Below are positions 28,701-42,700 of a stretch of DNA of 64,000 nucleotides, in pieces. The DNA is from Octopus bimaculoides. Taxonomy: Eukaryota. The position numbers were made by a program, and so were the translations under genes. The DNA is taken from contig NC_068988.1 of assembly GCF_001194135.2 (NCBI RefSeq), positions 96,035,740 through 96,099,739 on the forward strand, in the 5' to 3' direction. Positions within the stretch are counted from its first letter, which is position 1; each line of letters begins with the position of its first letter. Below the pieces are notes generated by a model. It had not been told where the DNA came from. It worked only from the letters and a program-made list of their open reading frames with translations, and did not search any database.

Positions 28701-31059
28701 AGAGAGAGAGAGAGAACAAAATCAAGCGAACTGACCTCATCACTTTACTGAATTTGTGGAGAAAAACCAGAGGAGTGAATAAATGATCAGACTACCTGTT
28801 TCTGACTTATCAATTCGTTTATTTTACCTGCATTTAGTTCTTTTACTAAGCCTGGTTACATTACATTACTCACTTCACCTGTCAGAGATGGATACCAAGA
28901 TTTCTAGGAAAATGCCAACAGAGCTGATCTGCAATCATTTATATACAAATTTTATTCCGTAAAATCAAATAATTAAATCTATCAAATTATTCTATTGAAG
29001 TATTTTTGTTTTATAATTTATTTATGACTCAGATGGACAAAATGCAGAGTTAACCCCTGCTGGATTTGAACTCAGAAAGGTTATGATAGCTTGTTCTAGT
29101 TGTGTCCAACAAGGAAGTTGGTGTCTGGCTTCCCTGTACTTGATTTTAAACTTTCTGCAACTGCAGCTTCCCACACGTTTGGCTTGATACCAACAGCATT
29201 CAGTTCTTATAACAAAACACCTTTTGTGTGGCACTAAACACTAGCTCACTCTTCGGTAAGCACCCATTGTCCATGAGTCACACATTCTCCACCCAATACA
29301 GATAACTGGTAGTACACAAATGGGGAGAACCAAAGAAACTGAATAATACCTTTAAAGTAATCACTCAGGTGTCTTTATCATACCTTGCACCTGAACTATC
29401 GTGTGGCTGAAGCACAAGACCCTTATTTTGCCCAGGGACTCAACACAATGTCACCATTGATGATAAAAGCTATGAAACTGGCTGAACATTCTTTTACAAG
29501 TGTGTGTGTGTTGATGTTTGTGCTGAAAGGCAGATACTCCTAACACATTATTTCTTATCAGCACATCGTTTCTCAGACAGGTTTATTTATGTCAATTCAT
29601 ATCACTTACCACATTCAGCATGTGGTTCTTATTTATAACTTTCATATCAGTATTTATCCACTCTTTTTTTTTTTTTTTCTTGTTATAGACTTAGAAATGT
29701 TTTGTTGTGCAGCAGTGTTGTTTTGTGTTGGTCTCTTAGAATTTAGAAACTTTGCTTGGCCTTTGCAGATAGCCTTTCTGCCACTGATCTCAGCAAGCAT
29801 CTAGGTTAGGTGATTCTTGACAATTACATTGTCATGGAGACTGCTATTCCTTAAAAGAAAGATTTTGTTGGCCTTTCTAATTTCAAGATAACACTTGAAA
29901 TGATTACTTCAAACAAACAAACAAAAAATCACCTCATTCATGTACATCATCATCATCATCATTATACATTGTTCTTTTCTTTCATACTGTCACATGGGTT
30001 GGATAGGTGTACTGGATGAAAATATTTTTGAGACCTCATTGAAGCAGTAGATCTAACTGGGAGGAGAGGATAAGAGGATGGGGAGGAGGAAGAGGATGGA
30101 AAGGACAGGTTTATCTACACCATTAAGGAAGGAGGGAGTAATGAGCAAATGAAGATAATGATTATATTGGTCCACCAGCAAGATGAAGGTACCAGTTTGT
30201 CCATTAGTTGTTTGACCTACTGCTTTAGCAGTTAAATAATATTCTTTTCTACTCTAGGCACAAGGCCCAAAATTTTGGGGAAGGGGGCCAGTCAATTAGA
30301 TCGACGCCAGTACGCAACTGGTAATTAATTTATCAAACTCGAAAGGATGAATGACAGTCAACCTCAGTGAAATTTGGACTCAAAACATAAAGACAGACGA
30401 AATACCACTAAGCATTTCACCCGGCACATTTACCACAATACATAAAACTTTTCAGATGTTATAAGCTAAAAAGTTGTGGCAACTGGTTGGTGTTTCTGGA
30501 AACTGGTTGGTTTTTCAATTATTGCAAAGGAATACACAAGGCTTCTTATTCTCAAGATACAGAGTTTCAGTAAGAAGAGATTAGACTTCATATTTGTTAT
30601 AAAGTTTGGAGCAGGAAGGAAACGCAGTCAAGGAAGACTAGACAAATTTGGGACTTGACCCAGTGAAATGGCTTTCATTGAGACAGGGGCAGAGAGAGAG
30701 AGAGAGAGCGAGTAGAAACTTATAATACAGTTCTATATTTAAGAGATGAGGAATTATGTACATTATTTACATTTGACGGATATTTGTCCTCATCTTGTTT
30801 GTTGTTAACGCAACGTTTTGGCTGATATACCCTCCAGCCTTCAGCAGGTGTCTTGGGGAAATTTTGAACCTGGGTTCTCATTCCTAAGGTATTTTTCGAC
30901 GTTGTTGTTATTATTATTATTATTATTATTCATGTCACTACCTGGAATCTTGGGGTTAGTAGCCCACGCTCTTAACCACTACACCCATGGGCATATGGCG
31001 TAGTGGTTAAGATCGCGGGCTACTAACCCCAAGATTCCGAGTTCAATTCCAAGCAGTAA

Positions 31060-31095
<36 letters not shown>

Positions 31096-33595
31096 CAACG
31101 TCGAAAAATACCTTAGGAATGAGAACCCAGGTTCGAAATTTCCGCAAGACACCTCATGAAGGCCGGAGGGTATATCAGTCAAAACATTGCGTTAACAACA
31201 AACAAGATGAGGACAAATATAAATAATGTGAATATTACCAGATTTAAAATGTACAAGAATGGTAGAGTAAAAGAACTAAATACCTTCTACTTAATTTTGG
31301 TAATTCTATTCAGAGTTCGTATTTCATCAGATTTGAATTTATTGTTAGTGTTTGACTTGTTGATTAATAAAATAATATATACGCTAATTTGCTGGAATAA
31401 TTCAATCAACTTCTTGCCGTCCTTTGGACTCCTGTAATATCATTAATATTCAAGTTTATTGGTCTTGACGATTGCTTATTTAAGGCAACTCCATATTGTT
31501 TCACAAAGTTTAGAAGTCTCAAAGGAAATCATAATTAGATTTATTTTTGTAATCTAATTTAATTTTATTAAAATAATTTGATTAATAATTTACATAAAAT
31601 TTATGAAAATTACAATAAATTTTCACATATAAAGCTTCAACAATTATAAGTCAAATGTATGATAAGTAAAGCAAAATTTGATGTTTAAATGAAGCATCAC
31701 CTGAATTATTTGCTACTTTCTGTCTTCGCAATTTGCTCTTTTCCAACGAGTTGTATTACACCTGAGCACTGTGCACAATAAGCTCCTCCTCCTCTTCCTC
31801 ATCATCATCATCGTTGTCGTCACCGTCATCACCTCCATCACTACCAAAGGTATTGTAGAGAGTCTTACTGCTGCTCTTGATTCTGCACCGTTTCAAATCT
31901 GTGTCCTTGGATAACTGTCAAAGAATCAGAAATAAGAGTAAAGATATTGGGGTGGAGTCAGGCGTTGTGTGGCACTCCGTCGGTTACGAGGACGAGGGTT
32001 CCAGTTGATCTGATCAACAGAATAGCCTGCTCATGAAATTAACATGCAAGTGGCTGAGCACTCCACAGACACGTGTACCCTTAATGTAGTTCTTGGGGAG
32101 TGAGACAAGGCTGGCCCCTTTGAAATACAGGTACAACAGAAACAGGAAGAAAGAGAGAGAGAAAGTTGTGGTGAAAGAGTACAGCAGGGTTCGCCACAAC
32201 CCCTTGCCAGAGCCTTGTAAAGCTTTAGGTGTTTTCGTTCAATAAACACTCACAATGCCCGGTCTGGGAATCGAAACTGCGATCCTACAACCGTGAGTCC
32301 GCTGCCCTAACCACTGGGCCATTGTGCCTCCACGCGGTCGGGCAATAATACAGATAAATCTTTGTTAATGTAGTCCTTACTAAATCCTTATTCAGTTGTA
32401 CAGACTGTAAATCACTTTTGTGATAATAACCTTAAAGTTGCTCTCAGACTTTGATCCGTTAAGCTCAAACATATTTATTTAGCCTCCGTCCCTACCCACC
32501 ACCACTACCCTTTCATGGAAAACTCTCTCAATTTATTGTTTTAAAAGATTTTTAAAAAGTCCTTATAATAATTTGTTGTTATCTGTTTTGTCTCTCAGAG
32601 AATGTTAATAGAAAACCCCCTTCGGCAGCCAACCCCCCCTCTCTCTCTCTCTTCAGCAATTAGTCACCCCTCCTCCCCTCCTTAGTTTGTCTTTGTTACT
32701 GGTATTGTTGTTGTTGTTGTTGCTGTCGTTTCCTATTGATGTTTATTGGTTGCTTTGTTATCTTAGCAATGCTGAGGAAAGTGTAAACCTTTCTCGAACA
32801 GATCCCTTTCAACTAACCTTCTTCTGATGTTGCGTTTGAGATATTTATTTCTATAAGGGGAGCAATGAGAACAAACGGACTGGGTTGTTGTTTCTCTCTT
32901 TCTCTCTCTCTCTCTCTCTAATATATATATATATTCACTGAATTGAACAGAAAGAATGTCAAGCTAGGTAGATAAATAAATAGGAACATTCCAGATGATC
33001 TTTTTTGCAGTTTCAAAGAATGGACAATAAATAGACAAATTATTTGAAAAGAACTCTACCACATCAAAGTAAACTGGCAAGTTCCCCTCCTCCTCCTGTG
33101 TGTACATATACACAACACAGACTCTCTTTCTGCCACCCCCTCCACTCTCCTTTCACCCTCTCTGTCCCACTTTTTTATCTTTTCTTTTCCTCTTATCTTA
33201 ATCTAGTAAGAAATCCTATAATCTAATTAGACATATTTTAATCAACATAATTACTGATTTGCTTTATTGAATGCTGGATACTAGTATCTGAGTTATTAAC
33301 CGAGGACTAAATACACTTCTTATTACTACAAAGCCCTTTACTCTTCCGCTCCGTGTTTCACTCATCCAAACATTAACGCACGCATCCCTTTCCGCTTCTT
33401 TACAACAATAACAATTACCTTTGGTGCTTGGAAGGGCACACAGCTGTAGAAAACCCTGCCAAGGCAGACACTAATTGGTGAAGGTCTTTCTGCTAAGGGA
33501 ATAATGGTATTGCACACACGGAAGGGTCTGGCTAATTGCTTTTCACGAATATTTTAACTTTATTCAGTCCTACTAAGGCATCCTTCATTCAGCAG

Positions 33596-33632
<37 letters not shown>

Positions 33633-34916
33633 GTTGCCATTTTAATATTTGCTGATGTGGAATGGACATGATGTATCAATGGAGCCTCACTCCTTTTGGT
33701 AGAAATGGCAGCCAAATTTCCTTTGAATTACACTTCACCCCACTTCAAAGTTGAAGGACACATTGGATAATAGTGTTCCGTATGTAAGCTGGGTATTTAA
33801 TTGTTAAAATTCTTAATCAAGGTTGACCTGAAACTAAACGGCAACTGTTTCTTTTGACCCTGTGTCACAGCACTTTTACCATCCACCACTTATCATCCGT
33901 TCACATGATTAAGCTTAATGGATGAACTCCTGATTATGTCTACCAGTTAATAGCTATAACACATACACTGTGGTAGGTCGATCACTTTTAAGATTTATGT
34001 GCAAAAGAAACTGAAGTGAGCTCAACAATATTGAAAAGAAAAAATTAATTAATTATAAAATGCTGCTGTTGATATTGTGAGAAGTTTTTTTGTTTGTTTT
34101 TTTACCCCATGGTGCCTATTCACAACTAAATGAACAATGGCTACAGTATTGCCTGGTCCCCTGCCAGTTTGGCCTCTCACCCATATTCCTATTCTTTCTG
34201 CTATTCATCTCCAAGACAACAGCTTATCATTGACCATGTTTTGCTTTTAGGCTTATCTCCATTTTTTGATAAATTTGTTGTTTTGTCTTCAGAAATAGCT
34301 GACTTGATTGTCTGGTCTCAAATTCTAGTTTGGCTCTTATTTTTATATTATTGTGTCTTTAATTCATATTTACATTCTTACAGAAGGTGCAGACTTTTGC
34401 CAATTTGGATATTTACCAGGATTCTTTGAACAAAGATTCTTTTTTAGAGTTTAAAAAAAAACCATACTTGATGCCAACCAGCCACATAACTTTAAAGTAA
34501 GAACAAATGTATTTTCCTATAGATTAAGGAATGGGGAACAGAATTGAGTTCTTTTACACTGTTTGGTGTCTGTGGCTTTCTACTTGGAATCTAAGCACAC
34601 CTTTAAGACCTGCAGGTGGTTTCGGTTGATTGAGTTCTGGACAGTTTGGATCTGTTCAGTTTCGCTCACAGATTGAAACTTCTTTCATTTTTCATTTCAT
34701 TTTCAACTTCCTTTTACTTATTTTCAGGTGAGTTTAATAATATTCGATTTGCTGCCTACCGAACTGCAATGAAGTTACGATATCTACAGCAGAAACTGAA
34801 TTGTAAGTAACACATCATATAAGTGTACACACACGCACACACAGAATTACCTAGTAAAACGGTGCATTATATTCATATTCACTCACTGCTCTAGTTATGG
34901 GGGTTCCATGTATATC

Positions 34917-34971
<55 letters not shown>

Positions 34972-35135
34972 CTGTCTTCACTCTTTCCTCATTTTCTTTC
35001 TTTTATTTCCTTTTATAAATTCTGCTTTATCTTTCTACTTCCTCATATCCTCCTCCCTTTTTCATTACTATGTGTTTCTCTCTCCTCTTTTTTATCCTCC
35101 TTTCTCTCTCCTTTGTATATCCCATGCTCTCATTC

Positions 35136-35185
<50 letters not shown>

Positions 35186-38002
35186 AACCCTCTCTTCTTA
35201 TTACTTCCACTCCTATTCTAAGACAATTTCTTCCTTATTATTCCACATTATGTTTCTGTCATTATAAACACTCTCAGTTTTATCTTCATCAGAAAGAGAA
35301 ATGAAATTAATGCAGCCTCTTACAATCTTCGTTAACAGTGCCTCTCATCACTCATCTTGAATTAATTAGATNNNNNNNNNNNNNNNNNNNNNNNNNNNNN
35401 NNNNNNNNNNNNNNNNNNNNNNNNNNNNNNNNNNNNNNNNNNNNNNNNNNNNNNNNNNNNNNNNNNNNNNNNNNNNNNNNNNNNNNNNNNNNNNNNNNNN
35501 NNNNNNNNNNNNNNNNNNNNNNNNNNNNNNNNNNNNNNNNNNNNNNNNNNNNNNNNNNNNNNNNNNNNNNNNNNNNNNNNNNNNNNNNNNNNNNNNNNNN
35601 NNNNNNNNNNNNNNNNNNNNNNNNNNNNNNNNNNNNNNNNNNNNNNNNNNNNNNNNNNNNNNNNNNNNNNNNNNNNNNNNNNNNNNNNNNNNNNNNNNNN
35701 NNNNNNNNNNNNNNNNNNNNNNNNNNNNNNNNNNNNNNNNNNNNNNNNNNNNNNNNNNNNNNNNNNNNNNNNNNNNNNNNNNNNNNNNNNNNNNNNNNNN
35801 NNNNNNNNNNNNNNNNNNNNNNNNNNNNNNNNNNNNNNNNNNNNNNNNNNNNNNNNNNNNNNNNNNNNNNNNNNNNNNNNNNNNNNNNNNNNNNNNNNNN
35901 NNNNNNNNNNNNNNNNNNNNNNNNNNNTGTGTTTTTTTTCTCTCTCTCTTGTCTTCTTGTGTGTATGCTTATCCATATGTACTGAATATATATATATATG
36001 TATGTATGTGTGTGTGTGTGTGTGTGTATATATATACATGAAATCATGATGGCACCTGTGCCCAGCATCGCCTTCCTGGCACGTGTAAAGACATTCGAGC
36101 GAGATCGTTGCCAGCACCCTAACCACTAATCCACGTGCCTCCACGCATACAGGTGTACAAAGTGTTGCACAGCAACCAGTTCTATTATTAGATAATGTAT
36201 TGTAGTCATTATATACTGGAAACACAGAAACCATCCAACCTCTGCATGCATAAGGGAAATGGATAGGGAAAAATTTAGGGATCTTATGGCCTTCATTGGT
36301 CAGGCTTGAGCATAGACTGCCCTTGCATGTTGGGGCCTGGGCAAGGTTTTGTGGAAGACTAAAGTCTCCCTTACATGGAAGTCTTCCCACTCCAGGCCAC
36401 CAAAGCTGTTCAAGAAGAGCCAATACAGATTGTCACCAGTGTAGTTGTTGCTGTTAGAAATCAAAAAAACCAGAACACACACAGTGCCACCACCATTCCA
36501 CTCTGCTCTATTTTAGTTCTGGAAAAAAAATTACGATGACGATATATAAATATACTCACACACGCGTGTGTATATGTGTGTATATATTCCTTTGAAACTT
36601 TCGCCTGGTAGGAAAATGTATAAAAAAATTCATACCTGTTGTGTTTTGTTATTTACATCACAAAAAAAATATCACGTGGAGGTCTTGTTTTTTTTTTTTA
36701 TGTTGTTTTATAAAATTGGCAAAATTTCTTTCTCACCTTGATATCAGGTTAATGCTTCAGGTATTTGCAACTTGTGGAACTAAATAAACATTTCATAATT
36801 ATAAAGAATAACACTAAAACTTGTATGCATAATACACACACACACACACACACTGTCTGTCTGTTTATCTCTCTCTCTCATGTAGGTTTGTAAGTAAGAT
36901 GGATATCTGTCATAAACAAAAGTTAGAAATAAGATATCAAGTTTGCAAACATCTTGTCTTCAAGTTCAAATCTCACTGGGGCATGATTTTGCTTTATATC
37001 CTTTTGGGAGTTTAAGAAAATACATGTATCAATTATCTAAATATGCTCTAAGATTGAATCAATTTTCTGATCCCTTCTGAAGTATTTTTCTGTGAGTTGT
37101 GTCCTGGGGACAAAACGAACCTTGTAGAGCCTACCTCTTTCCAGGCTTCTTCACAATTGTTCAAACTTGAAAAATATGTGGATTAAAACAACTTAATTAT
37201 CGCAAATAATTTTTTTAATGAGAAAAAATAAATTCAGTCTTGCAAACTAACAAAGGACATTTATTAATTTTATAATGCTCGACTATTTATAGATTCTATG
37301 ATTCAGTAGTACATAGCATGACACCAGTGACAGATAATAAAATCCATTTTCTTGACGGTTTGTCAAGACACACTATTAACTTGGCAATCTACACTTTCAA
37401 TAAATCCTCATATATATACACCTACATATATCATGTGTATAATATAAAACTTATCCTGCTGCTTAATATACCATATTTCTTTGATTATTTTCTCTAAGTG
37501 GACTTGGTGCCTATCGACAAAGTTCGCAATGTCTTCAAGCAGCATGGATGTCCACAAGGTGAAGACCCTTTACTAAACTGCCATGACCTCAATGAAATTC
37601 TACGAGACCTTTTTGCCGACTGCCAACATCCAAGATTAGACAAGACCACAAATATACGCTCATCCGATCTCATTCAGAATTTCATATTAAATTTATACGA
37701 CAGGTAAGTAATGTAATAACGATTGTCACTTTGAATTCATTTATTTGGTTATGAATAATTTTGAGGGCTTTTTTTTTGTTTACAGTCAAATGATAACTTT
37801 ACATTGTATGGGTATTTCTCTAAGAAAGAAGGAATGATTAGAAGAGTTTTAAATGTTTAATACTTTGTCTGTTTGAACTGTTACCAATTAATACAAAAAC
37901 ATGTGCCAGATGTTCAGAATTTCTGGACTGTTGACCTCATCTGCTGTGTTTCACTCTTTTACAAATCATTTTAATCAATTCAGTCTTTGATTATTTCCAG
38001 GT

Positions 38003-38076
<74 letters not shown>

Positions 38077-39670
38077 GCTTTCGCTTTCTCTCTTTCTCGC
38101 TCTCTCTCTCTCTCTCTGTATNNNNNNNNNNNNNNNNNNNNNNNNNNNNNNNNNNNNNNNNNNNNNNNNNNNNNNNNNNNNNNNNNNNNNNNNNNNNNNN
38201 NNNNNNNNNNNNNNNNNNNNNNNNNNNNNNNNNNNNNNNNNNNNNNNNNNNNNNNNNNNNNNNNNNNNNNNNNNNNNNNNNNNNNNNNNNNNNNNNNNNN
38301 NNNNNNNNNNNNNNNNNNNNNNNNNNNNNNNNNNNNNNNNNNNNNNNNNNNNNNNNNNNNNNNNNNNNNNNNNNNNNNNNNNNNNNNNNNNNNNNNNNNN
38401 NNNNNNNNNNNNNNNNNNNNNNNNNNNNNNNNNNNNNNNNNNNNNNNNNNNNNNNNNNNNNNNNNNNNNNNNNNNNNNNNNNNNNNNNNNNNNNNNNNNN
38501 NNNNNNNNNNNNNNNNNNNNNNNNNNNNNNNNNNNNNNNNNNNNNNNNNNNNNNNNNNNNNNNNNNNNNNNNNNNNNNNNNNNNNNNNNNNNNNNNNNNN
38601 NNNNNNNNNNNNNNNNNNNNNNNNNNNNNNNNNNNNNNNNNNNNNNNNNNNNNNNNNNNNNNNNNNNNNNNNNNNNNNNNNNNNNNNNNNNNNNNNNNNN
38701 NNNNNNNNNNNNNNNNNNNNNNNNNNNNNNNNNNNNNNNNNNNNNNNNNNNNNNNNNNNNNNNNNNNNNNNNNNNNNNNNNNNNNNNNNNNNNNNNNNNN
38801 NNNNNNNNNNNNNNNNNNNNNNNNNNNNNNNNNNNNNNNNNNNNNNNNNNNNNNNNNNNNNCCCCCCCCCCCACTATTTACTGACATATATATACATATA
38901 TATATATATAATGTATAATCATTTAATGCCCTTCCTCTTACGAGCCTGGGCTTGTTTTTACAACCATTATATGATGCCTGGATAAGGAGAACAAACACAC
39001 GCAATGGGTTTCTTACAGTCTCCATCAGCCATATCCACTGACAAGGTTTTGGCCAGCCCAGGGCGAAAATAGAAGCAACTTGCCCAAAGTGCCACACTGT
39101 GGGACTGAACCCAGGACCATGTGGGTAGAAAACAAACTACTTAACTGTGCATCTTCGCCTGCACCCACATGCACCTGTACTTATATGTACAAACACATAC
39201 TGACTCACTCTCCTCTCTTTCCCTCTCTCTCACTTATCTCTATCTGCCCTCCACCTCTCACACACACAAAATGATCTTATTGGTACACAGTGCTCAGGTA
39301 GCTCTGTGTTCTGTTTGAACTCCTAACCTTTATTTCGAATGTACCATCTCGTCACTCTTATGCCCCTATCAGCTGTATATTGTGCAAGCTCTATGTAAAC
39401 ATTGACCTTCTTATAGAGCACCCCCTACACTACACTACACTACGCTGTGTGTGTGTGTCATTCAAAAATAAAAAATAAAAGAATTCAAAATGTCTACGGA
39501 AAGAAAATACAGAATGTATTTGATAGGTTTTCAATTATTTATTGCTATATGATGCTTCTTGCTTGCTTTATCTTTTTAGACAAAGAAGAGGTGTAGTCCA
39601 TGCTCTGTCTGTGAAAACTGCTCTTGCAGCTATGTGTGGTGGACAGCTTGGCGAGAAATACAAATGTACG

Positions 39671-39703
<33 letters not shown>

Positions 39704-42700
39704 CTTTCTTTTACTTGTTTCAATAGAGTTACACTGAATGCCTTTTTTTACAAACAACTAAGAAAGTAACAGGAGACGTACTACAAGAGAATACGGTTTC
39801 CACATTGAAATTCCATGAATATTTTCAAGAATCATTTCTCTCTCCAATAAGAACAATAACATCTCAACAGCATTTCTTTTATTCTATTACTTGTTTCAGT
39901 CATTTGACTGTGGCCATGCTGGAGCACCGCCTTTAGTCAAACAAATCGACCCAAGGACTTATTCTTTGTAATCCTAATACTTATTCTATCGGTGTCTTTT
40001 GCCGAACCACTAAGTTACAGGAACGTGAACACACCAACATCGGTTGCCAAGTGATGTTGCGCGGAGAAACACACACACACATATACGACAAGCTTCTTTC
40101 AGTTTCCACCTACCAAATCCTGAGGCTATAGTAGAAGATGCTTACCCAAGGTGCCACACAGTGGGACTGAACCTGGAACCATGTGGTTGGTAAGCAAGCT
40201 ACTTACCACACAGCCACTCCCGCACCTATGAAGCTTTATTATACAAGTTTTGTTTTTGATTAATTTTTTGCAACAAACCTCTCTTGTTACTTTATTAGTT
40301 GTGCCTTGTGTTTAACATAAACTACAATGAATTCGTTGTAAACATTTTGCATGATACGTAATCGCTATATTATAACTGTAAAGTTAGTGCTAAAAAGAAT
40401 TTGATGCAGCAAAAGAGAACAAACTGAAAAAAGACAAGGTTAGTTATCAAGTGATATTATTTGGATTATCTCAGTATGTGAGGCAACTCTAAAGAAATGT
40501 TGGTCTTATCTCTTCAGTGAAGCATACATTACACCATTCTTACCAAAATAGCAATGAGAGAATCACTATACAAGACTGTACACTTGTTGCTGTAGAACAA
40601 TAGATAAGTTCTGAGTAGAAGTAACTCTTTGATGCCATCTGAAGGAAAAACCAAAACTTGGTTTAATATATTGAATGCGGGGGAATATTAAAAAGAAAAA
40701 TCTAAGAAAAAAATATTAGAATTTATTTTTTCAATTAAATTACAATTCTGTTTCTTTTATCTTTCAGATTTTTATGAAGAAATCAGTGACCCCAGCACCT
40801 TCATCGACTGCAGTGTGCTGTCCAGTTTTCTTGTGGCTCTCATGCGGGTGAGTTGAGNNNNNNNNNNTCATCATCATCATCATAATCACCATTGTCATCA
40901 GTATCATCATAATCATCTGACCTCTCAACATTTCATATTATTTAGCAGTATTTCTATTCAGAAATAAGCTTGGAATCTTCTAAGATTCCTTGTAAATTTC
41001 TATAATTGTTTATAAATCTTTAAAAAAATATCAAAATCCTATTTTTTCGTCGTTAATGATGGTAAATTAATTCCAATCCATTTCTTTATTAAAATCTGTC
41101 TTATAGATTCCTGATTTAATTCATGAAGGAATTGCATATGGCGGTTTAAACTCGACTCCTGCTTTAGAAAGTTGTCTTCAAATGGTAAAGATGCTTTCAT
41201 GTTTTTTTATAATTTATCATTGAATTCAGTTTTATTATTCTTTTATGTCCTGTTATTTACAAATGCATATATCAAGCATATGTGAATTACTACGGCACTC
41301 TGTCGGTTACAACGACGAGCGTTCCAGTTGATCCGATCAACGGAACAGCCTGCTTGAGAAATTAACGTGCAAGTGGCTGAGCACTCCACAGACGTGTGTA
41401 CCTTTAACGTGGTTCTCGGGGAGATTCAGTGTGACAAGGCTGGCCCCTTTGAATTACAGGTACAACAGAAACAGGAAGAAAGAGTGAAAGAAAGTTGTGG
41501 TGAAAGAGTACAGCAGGGTTCGCCACCATCCCCCTGCCAGAGCCTCGTGGAGCTTTTAGGTGTTTCCACTCAAGAAACACTCACAACGCCCAGTCTGGGA
41601 ATCGAAACTACGATCCTACGACCGTGAGTCCACTGCCCTAACCACTGGGCCATTGCACCTCCACATATGTGAATACATCTATGAATGTGTATGTCCACAC
41701 ATGTACCAAGGTATATAATTACAATTCTGGCAAGGAAGAGGATGGTTTGCAAGGAAAGAAATAAGGTGCAGCTGTAAAGGATGGCTTCACATTTTTTTTA
41801 TTTCCTTCCCTGTTTTGAAATCTTTGATGCTCGTTTATACACCTACATCAATACATCGAGTGTGAATTTGTATGTTTCTCTTTACACCCTTACTCTTTGC
41901 CTTTTTCCTTCTTGTGACTTTTTGGGGGTTTTTTTCCGTCAGTTGAACTTCCTCCTCCCTACTAACATTCTTCTCTTCCCTCTACCATTCCCTTTGCTGC
42001 ACCTCTTTTTCTTTTCTCTTCCTTTCAAACCATTTTAACCTGCCCCTTGCATTTCTTCCCTCTGGCTTCCAGCCCACTGCTGTTGTCACTGAATCGTTCT
42101 CTCATTCTCATGTTTATACAATTCTCTCCATCCAGTTTAAAATAAATAAATAAATACAACCCTTTTCAAGACCCTTATTTGGTGGCTCCCATCTTGACTA
42201 TTTTGTTGTCATTGTCTTCTGCTTCAGTTGCAATAAGCATGACCTCATCAACAGCAGCAGAGAAATGGCAGTCGGCTCCCATCTTCATCCTTTTTTCATT
42301 CCAATATAATAATAATCAAAAAAAAAAGACCCACTGAGGCATGTGAAAGCACATAGCTCAGTGGTTAGAGTGTCAGGCTCACAAGCATGAGGTAGTGAGT
42401 TTGATTCTCCAACTGTGCTGGATGTTGTGTTCTTGAGCAAGACACTTTATTTCACGTTACTCCAGTTCACTCAGCTGTAGAAATGAGTTGCGACATCATT
42501 GGTGCCATGCTGTATTGGCCCCTTTGCCTTTCCCTTGTAGGTTTATGTCAAACAGCTTTTATCATGTGGCGCAGGTCATCTGGTCATCAAAGACAAATAG
42601 CTTTTCTTCTTCTGTTTTGTGTGTCATTAAGAAAGAAGTTAGGTGCTAGGCATGTTTGAAAGTTTTGAGAACAGCTTTCCTTCTCCGGTTAAGGCCAACT

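Larger units (their letters stand above)
6571..38861. other. Assembly gaps: 6571-7078, 8327-8997, 15023-15881, 16572-16725, 18610-19167, 35372-35927, 38122-38861 (plus several 10-N gaps)
   Basis: N runs, most flanked by microsatellites or homopolymers. Confidence 0.99.

Noticed and set aside
31040-31190. Type III hammerhead topology using upstream caacGTC
   Set aside because: Stem III could pair, but no stem I forms between GTC and CTGATGA; the minimal type I fold fits better.
6544-39097. Long ORFs in the track spanning N gaps (e.g. 14933-16009, 18391-19461, 35362-36423, 37991-39097)
   Set aside because: They consist of X runs and dinucleotide-repeat translations and are artefacts of gaps.
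30996-42400. tRNA genes
   Set aside because: The A/B-box segments lack full cloverleafs and run into SINE bodies; they are SINE heads.
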